Below are positions 1-9,139 of a DNA stretch of 64,000 nucleotides, piece after piece (the stretch's first letter is position 1; every line of letters starts with the position of its first letter). The DNA lies in contig CAWGAA010000001.1 of the NCBI GenBank assembly GCA_963820525.1, positions 3,104,001-3,168,000 on the forward strand, written 5' to 3'. A program made the translations under genes and the position numbers. This DNA comes from an uncultured Spirochaetota bacterium. GTDB taxonomy: Bacteria > Spirochaetota > Spirochaetia > SZUA-6 > Fen-1364. The notes beneath the pieces were generated by a model. That model saw only the letters and a program-made list of their open reading frames with translations, did no database searches and was not told the DNA's origin.

Positions 1-2
1 CT

Positions 3-683
3 TTAAGCCGTGTTCTCGTGGTGGCGGCCCACCCCGACGACCCCGAGTACGGATGCGCGGGCACCGTCACCAAGTGGGCCTCCGAGGGGAAGGAAGTTGC
101 GTTTCTCCTGCTCACCAGCGGCGACAAGGGAAGCAAGGACCCGGCGGTGCGTCCCGGCCAGCTCGCCTCCATCCGGGAGAGGGAGCAGGAGGAGGCGGCG
201 CGGGAGCTGGGCGTCCGTGAGGTGATCTTCCAGCGGCATCCCGACGGCCTCCTGGAAAACACGATGAGCCTCCGCAGGGAGCTTGCCGGAATCATCCGTG
301 CGCGCAGGCCCCATATCGTCTTCACCATCGACCCCTGGCGCCACTATCAGACCCATCCCGATCACCGCGCGGCGGGGCTTGCCGCCATGGACGCGGTATA
401 CGCGGCCAAGGAGGTGAACCTCTTTCCCGAGCAGCTCGTGGCACCCATCGAGCCGTGGCGGGTGAAGGAGGTCTATCTCTTCTGGACGGATGCCCCCAAC
501 TACTGGGAGGACATCGGCTGCTGCATCGAGCGGCGCATCGCGGCCCTCGGGCGGCACGCGAGCCAGGTTGACGATGAGCCCGCGGTGCTGGCAAAGAACA
601 TCAGGGAAGCGGCGCGCAAGGCGGCCCAGTCCTCGGGGCTTTCCTACGAGTTTGCCGAGGCGTTCAAGCGGCTGGAGATCTGA
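3..683 (+). CDS. PIG-L/LmbE family N-acetylglucosaminyl deacetylase (probably 5'-truncated by window edge)
   Basis: VLVVAAHPDD, TSGDKG, REREQEEAA and HPDH motifs; the frame is open back to base 3. Confidence 0.88.
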   Translation, partial: LSRVLVVAAHPDDPEYGCAGTVTKWASEGKEVAFLLLTSGDKGSKDPAVRPGQLASIREREQEEAARELGVREVIFQRHPDGLLENTMSLRRELAGIIRARRPHIVFTIDPWRHYQTHPDHRAAGLAAMDAVYAAKEVNLFPEQLVAPIEPWRVKEVYLFWTDAPNYWEDIGCCIERRIAALGRHASQVDDEPAVLAKNIREAARKAAQSSGLSYEFAEAFKRLEI

Positions 684-720
684 AAGCGCCGCGGCCGCTG
701 AAACGAATCCGCCGTCCGCG

Positions 721-749
721 TTGACTTTGGCATCCCTTTCCCGTAGCTT
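721..749 (+). promoter_or_regulatory. Candidate sigma70 promoter for fabI
   Basis: TTGACT(721-726)-17 bp-TAGCTT(744-749). Confidence 0.4.
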
Positions 750-805
750 CTAAACGAACAGTTGTTTGTCGCGCGGGCATCCCCGCATCAGGGAGGGATC
801 ATTGT

Positions 806-1573
806 ATGGGCCTCATGTCGGGTAAGAGAGGCGTTATTTTCGGCGTCGCCAATGACAAGAGCATCGCCTGGGGGATCGCGCAAAAGCTGCACGCCGAAGG
901 CGCCGAGCTCGCCTTCACCTACCTCAACGAGGTTTTCGAGAAGAGGGTGAGGCCTCTGGCTGAGAGCATCGGCTCAGAGCTCATCATGGGCTGCGACGTG
1001 ACGCGGGACGCTGACGTGGAGGGTGTGTACACAGAGATCGAGCAGCGCTGGGGAAGCCTGGACTTCGTCGTGCACTCGATCGCGTACGCGAGCAGGGAAG
1101 ATCTTCGCCAGCCCTTCCATCAAACCACCAGGGAGGGATTCCGTATCGCCCTCGACATCAGCGCCTATTCCCTCATCGCCGTGACCCGGGGGGCGCTTCC
1201 CCTCATGAAGGCGGGGGGGTCCATCATCACCATGACGTACCTCGGCTCCCAGCGGGCGGTGCCCAACTACAATGTCATGGGAGTGGCCAAGGCGGCCCTT
1301 GAGGCTACCGTGCGCTACCTCGCGGCCGAGCTGGGAGAGAAGCAGATCCGCGTCAATGCGATTTCGGCCGGCCCCATACGGACCCTGGCGGCCACGGGAA
1401 TTTCCAACTTCAGCGAGATCTTCGGCATCATGGAGAACAGATCGCCCATGCACCGCTCCGTCACGCAGGAGGAGGTGGGAAAGTCTGCCCTCTACCTCCT
1501 GTCGGATCTTTCTACCGGCGTGACGGGAGACATCCATTACGTCGACACCGGCTACAACATCGTCGGTCTGTGA
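806..1573 (+). CDS. fabI: Enoyl-ACP reductase FabI
   Basis: [54 protein letters not shown] upstream. Confidence 0.96.
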   Translation: MGLMSGKRGVIFGVANDKSIAWGIAQKLHAEGAELAFTYLNEVFEKRVRPLAESIGSELIMGCDVTRDADVEGVYTEIEQRWGSLDFVVHSIAYASREDLRQPFHQTTREGFRIALDISAYSLIAVTRGALPLMKAGGSIITMTYLGSQRAVPNYNVMGVAKAALEATVRYLAAELGEKQIRVNAISAGPIRTLAATGISNFSEIFGIMENRSPMHRSVTQEEVGKSALYLLSDLSTGVTGDIHYVDTGYNIVGL

Positions 1574-1614
1574 GGCCGCGCCTTCACGGCTCCGCCCTAT
1601 CGAAGCCTGCGCGT

Positions 1615-1650
1615 GCGGCATCCAGGGGTGCGCCCGCGCACGGGTGCCGC
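1615..1650. terminator. GC-rich hairpin between convergent genes
   Basis: GCGGCATCC...GGGTGCCGC outer stem with inner GTGCGC/GCGCAC; no clear U-tract. Confidence 0.3.
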
Positions 1651-1656
1651 CTGCCG

Positions 1657-2202
1657 CTACCGAAGCTCCACGCGCGCGGAAAACCGCCCCTCCCCCTTAT
1701 AGGAAAGCTCGGCAACGCGGGCAAAGCCGGTCCGCCGTCCGGATGCCGCCACGGCGCGGATGAAGGCCATCCGCGCGGGTTGGAAGAGCACGCTCCCGTT
1801 GGCGGCCGCGCAGTCCTTCGCCGTGAAGTCGACGTCCACGGCGCTCTTTGCGGGCTGCCCCCCGCTTTCCCGAGGGACCGCGCTCACGCGATACTCGAGA
1901 ACCAGGAGCCGGCCGGCTCGGCCGGAGTCGACCTTGCGGCTGGAGAGAAGCGCATACTCGGAGGAGGACTCGGTGGATACCTGCCTGCCGCTGCTCGAGG
2001 TGAAGCGGGTCCACGAAAAAAGGGAAAAGCTTGCGGGCACCGACATCCGTTCGGCGGCGAAAATTTGGGCCTCTCCCTCGTTTTCGGCAAGGACGAACAC
2101 CTCGAATGTCTTTTCAGCCCGGGTCTTTTCCTCGGTCCCGCCCGCCAGAAGCGGCAGGGAGCCGCAGAGGCAGAGGGCGATGGCGATGATTGGAATACGC
2201 AT
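1657..2202 (-). CDS. Hypothetical exported protein
   Basis: 181 aa with signal peptide MRIPIIAIALCLCGSLPLLA followed by GGTEE; no family recognised. Confidence 0.7.
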   Translation of the reverse strand: MRIPIIAIALCLCGSLPLLAGGTEEKTRAEKTFEVFVLAENEGEAQIFAAERMSVPASFSLFSWTRFTSSSGRQVSTESSSEYALLSSRKVDSGRAGRLLVLEYRVSAVPRESGGQPAKSAVDVDFTAKDCAAANGSVLFQPARMAFIRAVAASGRRTGFARVAELSYKGEGRFSARVELR

Positions 2203-2270
2203 TTTGCAATTGTACCACCGCGCTCACCCTTTGACAGCCGCCGCTTCGATGCCCGAGGGGTGAGACGGGC

Positions 2271-2583
2271 GTGGTGAAGATCGTTTCCTGGAACGTGAAC
2301 GGGCTCCGCGTCATGATTGCCAAGGGCGCGATGGCGGAGCTTCACCCGCCTTCTGGATTCCGGCTTCATCGACACCTTTCGAGCCCTCCACCCCGGTGAG
2401 GCCGACCAGTACACGTGGTGGAGCTACGCCACAAGGGCGCGCGAGCGGAACGTGGGATGGCGCATCGACTACGTGTGCATCTCGGCGGAACTGTCGGAGA
2501 GGCTCCGCGACGCCTTCATTCTCCAGAAGATCGGGGGCTCGGATCACTGCCCCGTCGGGATCGTGCTGGACGGGGAGCCGTGA
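2271..2583 (+). pseudogene. xth: Exodeoxyribonuclease III remnant with large internal deletion
   Basis: GTG at 2271 gives MVKIVSWNVNGLR (Xth N-terminus), joined out of frame near 2330 to FTRLLDSGFIDTFR...YTWWSY...NVGWRIDY...SDHCPV (Xth C-terminus). Confidence 0.88.
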
Positions 2584-3635
2584 GGAGCGGGGTTTGCTTC
2601 CCGCCAGACCGTTCCGTCGGGACAGCGCAGGAATATCGCCTCCGCATCCCTGTGCATAATGGTCTGCGGATTGACGGGCACCTTGCCATGGAGGGTGTCC
2701 ACCACGAAGGTCGGAACCGCGAATCCGGTGGTTGAGCCGCGGAGGGCCGAGACGATGGACAGGCCGCTCTCCACGGGGGTGCGGAAGTGGGCGGTGCCGC
2801 GGCTCAGGTGGCACTGGAAAAGGTAGTAGGGCCTCACCCTCGCCTTCACGAGGCCCTGCGCCAGGCTCTTCATTACCCGGAGATTATCGTTTACGCCGCG
2901 CAGGAGCACGGACTGGTTGCCCAGCGGAATGCCCGCGTCTGCCAGGCGGGCGCATGCCTCCAGGGCAAGGGGGGTGAGCTCGCGGGGATGATTGAAGTGC
3001 GTATTGATCCACAGGGGATGGAACGCGCGGAGCATCCGGCAGAGATCTTCCGTGATCCGCTGGGGAAGCGTCACGGGAGCCCTCGTTCCGATTCTGATGA
3101 TCTCCACGTGGGAAATCCGCCGAAGCTCTCTCAGGATGTTTTCAAGCCTGTCGTCGGAGAGAACCAGGGGATCTCCCCCCGTGACCAGAACGTCCCTGAT
3201 CTCCGGCGTGCCGCCGATGAAGGAGAGGGCTTCCTGGAAAGCCGCCTCGGAAAAATCCCCGTCGTTGCCTCCCACGAGCCTGCGCCGGAAACAGAACCGG
3301 CACAGAACGGGGCACGATCCTGACACGCACCATGCCACCCGGTCGGGGTAGAGCCGGATCAGGTTGGGGGCCACCGTGCCGGCTTCTTCGCCGATGGGGT
3401 CCGAGGTTCCCTCCTCGTCATGAAGCTCATTGAGGGACGGGATGGCCTGCTTTCTGATGGGGCAGGACGGATCGTCGGGGTCCATGAGGCCGGCGTAATA
3501 CGGGGTAATGCGCCAGCGGAATAGGGCCCCGGCCTCCTCGATTCCCCGCTCCTCCCCGGCTGAAAGCCTGATGAGGCGCCGCAGCGCCGCCGCCGAAGAG
3601 ATCCCTTCCGCCATCTGCCTCCGCCAATCAGACAT
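2544..3635 (-). CDS. KamA family radical SAM protein (lysine 2,3-aminomutase-like)
   Basis: ITPYY, YPDRV, CPVLCRFC, TGGDPL, NTHFNHPREL, NQSVLLRGVND, PYYLFQC; ATG at 3635 overlaps the upstream stop. Confidence 0.9.
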   Translation of the reverse strand: MSDWRRQMAEGISSAAALRRLIRLSAGEERGIEEAGALFRWRITPYYAGLMDPDDPSCPIRKQAIPSLNELHDEEGTSDPIGEEAGTVAPNLIRLYPDRVAWCVSGSCPVLCRFCFRRRLVGGNDGDFSEAAFQEALSFIGGTPEIRDVLVTGGDPLVLSDDRLENILRELRRISHVEIIRIGTRAPVTLPQRITEDLCRMLRAFHPLWINTHFNHPRELTPLALEACARLADAGIPLGNQSVLLRGVNDNLRVMKSLAQGLVKARVRPYYLFQCHLSRGTAHFRTPVESGLSIVSALRGSTTGFAVPTFVVDTLHGKVPVNPQTIMHRDAEAIFLRCPDGTVWREANPAPHGSPSSTIPTGQ

Positions 3636-4332
3636 CCGAAGCCCCCGTTGCGTAGCGGCGGGAAAAAAGCTCCGGATTGTAGGGCGCCCTGCGGCCCGAG
3701 CAGGCATCGCGCTGGCAGAGCATGCAGCTTTCGAAGCTTGTTTCAAGCGGAAAACGGATTCCCGAGACTGACTTCTGCGGGATCATGAGGAAACTCTCGG
3801 TAAGGGTCACGCCGACAAGCTCTTCGACGCCGCCGATAAGGCGGAACAGGGGAGCCTGCTCCGTTATGGGCCAGTCTTGCAGCGATCCGGGGCTCATTGA
3901 CGATGCCTTTGAAAGGGCGAAACCGCTGTCGAGATGCTCGGCAAGATAGGAAAGCGCGGCCTGTGCGGCAAGCTCCGAGATCTGATCCGCCCAGTAGCGG
4001 GAAAGGGGATCCGACACGGATGCGCTCCACGCCGCGAGCTCTCTGCCGCACGTCGCGACGAATGGAAAGACGCGGTGGGCCTCCTGGAGGTTCACGCAGA
4101 GAACGCGGCTTTTAAAAGTCACTCCCTCGATCGTCGTCGTGTCCCCGTCAGTGCTGTCCACGAAGCACGGGCGATATGCCGCCCGCGGCCGCGCCACTTC
4201 CCGGGCTGCTTCGATCAGGGCGGAGAGCTCTCTGTCGAGATCCCCTTCACCCGGCAGCGCGAGGGATTCCCGCAGCTCGCGGGAATCGACGGCAAAGGGA
4301 ACGTCGGAAAGGATGATGGGTTTGTTTGTCAC
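3628..4332 (-). CDS. Stand-alone B12-dependent methionine synthase activation-domain-like protein
   Basis: FVATCG, SMSPGSLQDWPITEQ, GVTLTESFLMIPQKSVSGI and a C-terminal CxxC...C; GTG start at 4332 inferred. Confidence 0.75.
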   Translation of the reverse strand: MTNKPIILSDVPFAVDSRELRESLALPGEGDLDRELSALIEAAREVARPRAAYRPCFVDSTDGDTTTIEGVTFKSRVLCVNLQEAHRVFPFVATCGRELAAWSASVSDPLSRYWADQISELAAQAALSYLAEHLDSGFALSKASSMSPGSLQDWPITEQAPLFRLIGGVEELVGVTLTESFLMIPQKSVSGIRFPLETSFESCMLCQRDACSGRRAPYNPELFSRRYATGASDV

Positions 4333-4376
4333 AGCTTGAGCGCCGAAGGAATTCCCGCCGCCGCGCGCGGGAGACT

Positions 4377-4775
4377 CTAGGGGTCCCACTGCCTCCCGCT
4401 CAGGACAACGCAGAACCAATGTCCGGAGCCCTTGCGGGTGGAGAGCATGCAGACGAACTGCCCCGGACTCCCGATGGTGACGAGATTTCCCCTGGTGAGA
4501 TCGACCTCCGCGACTTTCTTTCCCGCCTTGTCGGAAACGCTCACCGTGGGCTGCATTTCGCGGGAGTCCCAGTAGAAAAGCAGATACACGGGTGACTCGT
4601 CGCTGTGCACGACGATCCTGTCCTGGGGATGCTCCGCGCCGAGATAGCCGTTGAGGCCGTCAGTCTTCAGTCCCGTGCTCCCGTAATAGACCAGCCCGGC
4701 CTCCGCCAATACGACGCACGGCGCGGCGCACAGGAAAAGCAATGCCAACGGAATCGCGAGGACGCTTCTTTTCAT
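4377..4775 (-). CDS. Hypothetical exported protein
   Basis: 132 aa, N-terminal signal peptide, AAGG upstream. Confidence 0.65.
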   Translation of the reverse strand: MKRSVLAIPLALLFLCAAPCVVLAEAGLVYYGSTGLKTDGLNGYLGAEHPQDRIVVHSDESPVYLLFYWDSREMQPTVSVSDKAGKKVAEVDLTRGNLVTIGSPGQFVCMLSTRKGSGHWFCVVLSGRQWDP

Positions 4776-4785
4776 ACCTTTTGCC

Positions 4786-6306
4786 TCACACTCCTCCGGG
4801 GGTGATTTCGCTCTCTTTTAGCAGGATGTCGTGGGCCCCGCCTTCGCGGATGCTGACGGCGGAAGCGAGGGTGATCCGTGCCCTCTTTTGAAGCTCTCCA
4901 ATGGAGGCCGCGCCGCAGCTCACCATCGTCGCCTTGATCTTGCCCAGCGTGACGTCGAGGTTGTCCTTGAGCTTGCCCGCGTAGGGAACGTAGCCGTCCA
5001 CGCCCTCCTCGAAGACGAGGTGCTGGGACCCTCCGTCGTCGTAGCGCTGCCAGTTTCTTGCCCGGTTGGAGCCCTCGCCCCAGTACTCCTTGACGAAGTT
5101 GCCTCCGATGCGCAGCCGTCTTCCCGGCGCCTCGTCGAATCGGGCGAAGAAGCGCCCCATCATCACGAAATCCGCGCCCATGGCGAGGGCGAGGACGATG
5201 TGGTAGTCCAGCACGATCCCGCCGTCGGAACAAATGGGGATGTAGGAGCCGGTTTTTGCGTACAGCTCGTCCCGCGCGGCGGCGACCTCGATCACCGCCG
5301 TGGCCTGGCCGCGGCCGATGCCCTTCTGTTCGCGGGTGATGCAGATCGAGCCTCCGCCGATTCCCACCTTGATGAAGTCCGCGCCCGCGTCCGCCAGGTG
5401 GCGGAAGCCTTCGGCGTCGACGACGTTCCCGCCGCCCACTTTCACGGCGCTCCCGAAGGTCTTTTTGATCCACCGGATCGTCTCGGACTGCCATTCGGTG
5501 AATCCGTCCGAGGAATCCACGCACAGAACGTCCGCCCCCGCGTTCACGAGGGCCGGCACCCTCTCGGTGTAGTCTCGGGTGTTGATCCCCGCGCCGACCA
5601 CGAGGCGCTTGTTGCCGTCCACCAGCTCGTTGGGGTTCTCCTTGTGCTCCGCGTAATCCTTCCTGAACACGAGGTACACGAGGTTTCCCGAGCGGTTGAT
5701 CACGGGCAGGCAGTTGAGCTTGTGCTTCCAGATGAGGTCGTTGGCTTCCTTCAGGCTGATCCCTTCCTCCCCGTAGACCAGGTCGGGGAACCTGGTCATC
5801 ATGTCTCCCACGCGCGCATCGGGCTGCGCGGTGGACAGGCGGTAGTCGCGGCTGGTGAGGATGCCCAGGAGCTTGCCCGTCGGCGAGCCGTCCTGCGTGA
5901 CGGCCATGGTGGTGTGTCCGGTCTTTTCCCTCAGGGCGAGCACGTCGCGAAGCGTCGATTCCGGCTTGAGGTTGGAGTCGCTCGCCACGAACCCGGCCTT
6001 GAACTTCTTCACTTTCTCCACCATCTCGGCCTGACGCGCGATGGGCTGTGAGCCATAGATGAAGGAGATGCCGCCGGAGCGGGCAAGGGCGATGGCCATG
6101 GAGTGATCCGAGACCGCCTGCATGATGGCGGAGACGAAGGGGATGTTGAGCTGGATGGCCGACTCCTCCCCTTTTCGGAAGCGCACCAGGGGGGTCTTCA
6201 GCTGGACCGCCTCCGGCGTGCAGGTCTTTGCCGTGAGGCTCGGGATGAGCAGGTATTCGCTGAAGGTGTGGGAAGGCTCTGAATAGAAATGCGCCATCGC
6301 TTTCAT
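4786..6306 (-). CDS. guaB: IMP dehydrogenase
   Basis: SAIMQAVS, tandem CBS region, [13 protein letters not shown] catalytic Cys loop, EYWGEGS, EEGVDG; ATGA overlap with sixA. Confidence 0.93.
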   Translation of the reverse strand: MKAMAHFYSEPSHTFSEYLLIPSLTAKTCTPEAVQLKTPLVRFRKGEESAIQLNIPFVSAIMQAVSDHSMAIALARSGGISFIYGSQPIARQAEMVEKVKKFKAGFVASDSNLKPESTLRDVLALREKTGHTTMAVTQDGSPTGKLLGILTSRDYRLSTAQPDARVGDMMTRFPDLVYGEEGISLKEANDLIWKHKLNCLPVINRSGNLVYLVFRKDYAEHKENPNELVDGNKRLVVGAGINTRDYTERVPALVNAGADVLCVDSSDGFTEWQSETIRWIKKTFGSAVKVGGGNVVDAEGFRHLADAGADFIKVGIGGGSICITREQKGIGRGQATAVIEVAAARDELYAKTGSYIPICSDGGIVLDYHIVLALAMGADFVMMGRFFARFDEAPGRRLRIGGNFVKEYWGEGSNRARNWQRYDDGGSQHLVFEEGVDGYVPYAGKLKDNLDVTLGKIKATMVSCGAASIGELQKRARITLASAVSIREGGAHDILLKESEITPGGV

Positions 6307-6779
6307 TTTCCTCCTGATGGTGGGAGCCGGGGTTGGTCCGGAAGCGCGGTCCACGCCACGCGCCAGCTCCCCTCTCGATAGTCGAGGCAGATCATGCCCC
6401 CGCGCTGGAACGTCACCGCCGGCGGCTCTTCCCGCCCTGCTACCAGGTGTGTCGCGAGTCTCTCCATGAAGGGGAGGTGGCCCACCACGATGCGCTCTTC
6501 GGTCCATGTCCGGACCCGCGATGCGAAAGGCTTCACCGGATCCATGGGATCGAGCCCCGCCGACGAGCTTACGGGAACGTCGAGGCTTTCCGCGATGATC
6601 TCGGCGCTCTGGGCTGCGCGCAGCTTTCCGCTGTGGATGACCTCCACGACGGAGACCCGAAAATCCTTGAGCGCTTTGGCCAGGCCCTCGATGTCCCTCC
6701 TCCCCTTGGCGGAGAGGGGTTTCTGTGGATCCACCGCCTCGGAAAGATTGTCCCCGTGCTGCACGAGGTACAGTCTCAT
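6303..6779 (-). CDS. sixA: Phosphohistidine phosphatase SixA family
   Basis: [32 protein letters not shown]. Confidence 0.82.
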   Translation of the reverse strand: MRLYLVQHGDNLSEAVDPQKPLSAKGRRDIEGLAKALKDFRVSVVEVIHSGKLRAAQSAEIIAESLDVPVSSSAGLDPMDPVKPFASRVRTWTEERIVVGHLPFMERLATHLVAGREEPPAVTFQRGGMICLDYREGSWRVAWTALPDQPRLPPSGGK

Positions 6780-6785
6780 GGAGGG

Positions 6786-6814
6786 AGCATATAGAGATGA
6801 GTGAAAAGCTTCAA
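6786..6814 (-). promoter_or_regulatory. Candidate leaderless sigma70 promoter for sixA-guaB
   Basis: Minus strand TTGAAG-17 bp-TATGCT-6 nt-ATG; no Shine-Dalgarno. Confidence 0.5.
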
Positions 6815-6890
6815 GGCGCCGGGGCGCTCTGCCGGTTATCGAGTTCCCACCCGGACGCTCCGCGGCGTCACGCCGATGCCCCGCCACCGG

Positions 6891-6969
6891 CCGCGTGCTT
6901 GAATCAGCCCTTGCCCGCTTGAGAGCCCCGGCCGCGCCCGAGTCAGCCCCCGCGTGCCCGAGTCAGCCC
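6891..6969. repeat. Degenerate direct repeats of about 20 bp
   Basis: ccgcgtgcttgaatcagccc (6891), ccgcgcccgagtcagccc (6932), ccgcgtgcccgagtcagccc (6950); the last contains the stop codon of the dehydrogenase. Confidence 0.6.
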
Positions 6970-7850
6970 GCCACCCCGTTCAGCGCCATGAGGACCTTGT
7001 AGAGACCCTGCGTCCCCAGGTTCTCATACCCGAGAGCCATGGCGGCGACGTAGAACTGGTTGACCAGGGCGAGCCCCGGAAGGGCCAGCCTCATGCGGCG
7101 GGCCTCGTCCAGGGCGATCCCCATGTCCTTGACGAAATACTTGATGAAGAATCCGGGGGCAAAGTCGCCCTTCACGATCCGCCTGCCCAGGTTGTTGAGC
7201 GAAAATGAGGCGGCGGCGCCCTTTCCGATCACGTCGATCACCGCGTCGAGCCCGAGCCCGGCGCGGAAGGCGTACAGGAGGGATTCCACCACACCCACCA
7301 TGGAGGAGGCGATGATGATCTGGTTCGCCATCTTGGTATGCTGCCCGCTTCCCGGCCCTCCCATGAGCGCTATTGTTTCTCCCATGAGGCGGAAGAGGGG
7401 AAGCGTTTCTTCAAAGGCGGCGCGTTCTCCGCCCACCATGATGGCGAGCTTCGCTTCGCGCGCGCCGACGTCCCCGCCTGAAACCGGCGCGTCGAGGGCT
7501 GCCACCGAGAGCTTGGACGCCTCGGAGGCGATCCGCCGCGCGAGCGACGGCTCCGAGGTGCTCATGTCACAGACGATCGCGCGCGAAGGCACCCCGGCCA
7601 GGATTCCGTCGCCGCCCAGGTACACCTGCTCCACATCAGAAGGAAAGCCGACCATGGTGAAAACAACCCCGCTCCCGGCGGCCACCTCTCTGGGGGTGGA
7701 GCACCACAGCGCCCCGGCGGCCAGAAGGTCCGCCGCTTTCACGCGCGTGCGCGTATACAGGCGAACTTCGTGTCCGGCCGCCAGTATGTGGCCGCACATC
7801 GATTTCCCCATGACACCCGTCCCGATCCAACCGACCTTCCGCTTTTCCAT
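6963..7850 (-). CDS. NAD(P)-dependent beta-hydroxyacid dehydrogenase (3-hydroxyisobutyrate DH/GarR family)
   Basis: GWIGTGVMG, DAPVSGG, GSGQHTKMANQ, F..KYFVKDMGIAL; GGAGG RBS. Confidence 0.92.
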   Translation of the reverse strand: MEKRKVGWIGTGVMGKSMCGHILAAGHEVRLYTRTRVKAADLLAAGALWCSTPREVAAGSGVVFTMVGFPSDVEQVYLGGDGILAGVPSRAIVCDMSTSEPSLARRIASEASKLSVAALDAPVSGGDVGAREAKLAIMVGGERAAFEETLPLFRLMGETIALMGGPGSGQHTKMANQIIIASSMVGVVESLLYAFRAGLGLDAVIDVIGKGAAASFSLNNLGRRIVKGDFAPGFFIKYFVKDMGIALDEARRMRLALPGLALVNQFYVAAMALGYENLGTQGLYKVLMALNGVAG

Positions 7851-7936
7851 CGTATTCCTCCGATATGATCCCCGCGGTATCCCGCCTGCAAGCGGATGAT
7901 AGCTCACTCGTAGCGCTCCTGTACATGCCATGAGGT

Positions 7937-7953
7937 TTTTACAAAACTTTTAC
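7937..7953 (+). promoter_or_regulatory. Tandem direct repeat, candidate OmpR-family regulator box
   Basis: TTTTAC-aaaac-TTTTAC, 11-bp period, about 70 bp upstream of the ARPP-1 gene. Confidence 0.5.
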
Positions 7954-8023
7954 GCCGAATTTTCCTCCCCATGACATGGGACCCCGCCCGCCCGGGTAGG
8001 CTCTCCCTTATGGAGGAGAAAAA

Positions 8024-9028
8024 ATGAAAGCGAGATTGCTCGGTCTTTCCTGCGCCCTCTGCCTGATGGCCGCACAGGCCGTATCCGCCCAGGATGCTAA
8101 GCTGCTCTGGGACACGCTCGGCTCCCTCTCCCCGGGCACGCCGGCAGTGTCCGCCAACCTCACCGTGATTCCGCTCGTCGCGTCGAAGCCGCGGAGCTCG
8201 GCAGGCTATACGACGCTCGACGAAGCGATGCGGAAGGGTTGGCTGGAGGTGACGGAGCTGGACGGGGGAAACGTTCCCCGGGTCAAGCTCACGAACAAAA
8301 GCGACAGGATCATCTATCTCATGGGCGGGGAGATCCTCACGGGCTGCCGCCAGGACAGGATGATCGGAAACGACGTGATCATCGGAGCCAGGGCGCGTGA
8401 CGTGATCCTGCCCGTCTATTGCGTCGAGCACGGAAGGTGGACCTCCACATCTTCCCGTTTCAGCTCGAAGCAGGTCCTGGGCACCTGGGGCTTGAGATCC
8501 AAGGCCCGGGCCGCCGAGCCTTCCGCTCAATCCAAGATCTGGGACGAGGTGGCCGACATCTCCCAGGCGAACAAGACGGACTCGGAAACGGGCGCCTATC
8601 AGGAGATTTATGAGAACGGGAAGGTGAAGGACCGGATCGCGGAGCTGGAGAGCGGATTGAAGGACATTCCCCGCTCGGCCGCAGGGATCGTCGGCGCCGC
8701 CTGCGCCGTGGGCGGGCGGATCGTGAGCATCGACGTCTTCGCCGACCCGTCGCTCTTCCAGCGGATGTGGCCGAAGATCCTGCGCTCGACGGCTCTCTCC
8801 GCGATCAGCGAGGGAGGCGAGGGCGCGGCAAGCAAGGAAGGCGCCGTGCGTTTCCTCAAGTCCCTCATCGGCTGCAAATCGACCATTGTCCGCGCGGCGG
8901 GCCTGGGCTGGGAGCTTCGGGCCAGCTCCCTGCCGATGAGCGCCCTGCTCTACGATGGCGCGGTGGTTCACATGGCGGGATACCCCCAGGGGATTCAACC
9001 CACAGTTCTCCAGGGAGGACAGGAATAA
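8024..9028 (+). CDS. Secreted ARPP-1/DUF6569 domain protein
   Basis: Signal peptide ending AVSA-Q; NLTVIPL, YTTLDEA, GGEILTGCRQDR, LPVYCVEHGRW, AQSKIWDEV, DVFADPSLF recalled as DUF6569 features; GGAGGA RBS. Confidence 0.78.
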   Translation: MKARLLGLSCALCLMAAQAVSAQDAKLLWDTLGSLSPGTPAVSANLTVIPLVASKPRSSAGYTTLDEAMRKGWLEVTELDGGNVPRVKLTNKSDRIIYLMGGEILTGCRQDRMIGNDVIIGARARDVILPVYCVEHGRWTSTSSRFSSKQVLGTWGLRSKARAAEPSAQSKIWDEVADISQANKTDSETGAYQEIYENGKVKDRIAELESGLKDIPRSAAGIVGAACAVGGRIVSIDVFADPSLFQRMWPKILRSTALSAISEGGEGAASKEGAVRFLKSLIGCKSTIVRAAGLGWELRASSLPMSALLYDGAVVHMAGYPQGIQPTVLQGGQE

Positions 9029-9038
9029 CGGCGGCGGG

Positions 9039-9080
9039 GCGCCTTCCCGCCGTCACGAGGCGACGGGAGGCGCTTTTTCT
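9039..9080 (+). terminator. Intrinsic terminator after the ARPP-1 gene
   Basis: GCGCCTTCCCGCCGTC-acga-GGCGACGGGAGGCGC followed by TTTTT. Confidence 0.7.
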
Positions 9081-9139
9081 GCTACAATGTTTGGAGGGCC
9101 CGATGCGGCCTGGAGCCTGCTCGGGCGCACGGCGCGAGA

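Noticed and set aside
752..768. AAACGAACAGTTGTTT imperfect palindrome downstream of the fabI promoter
   Set aside because: Needs a bulge to pair and no cognate regulator is nearby; weak
6891..6969. Short repeats as a possible CRISPR array
   Set aside because: Degenerate, irregular spacing, no spacers of uniform length, no cas genes
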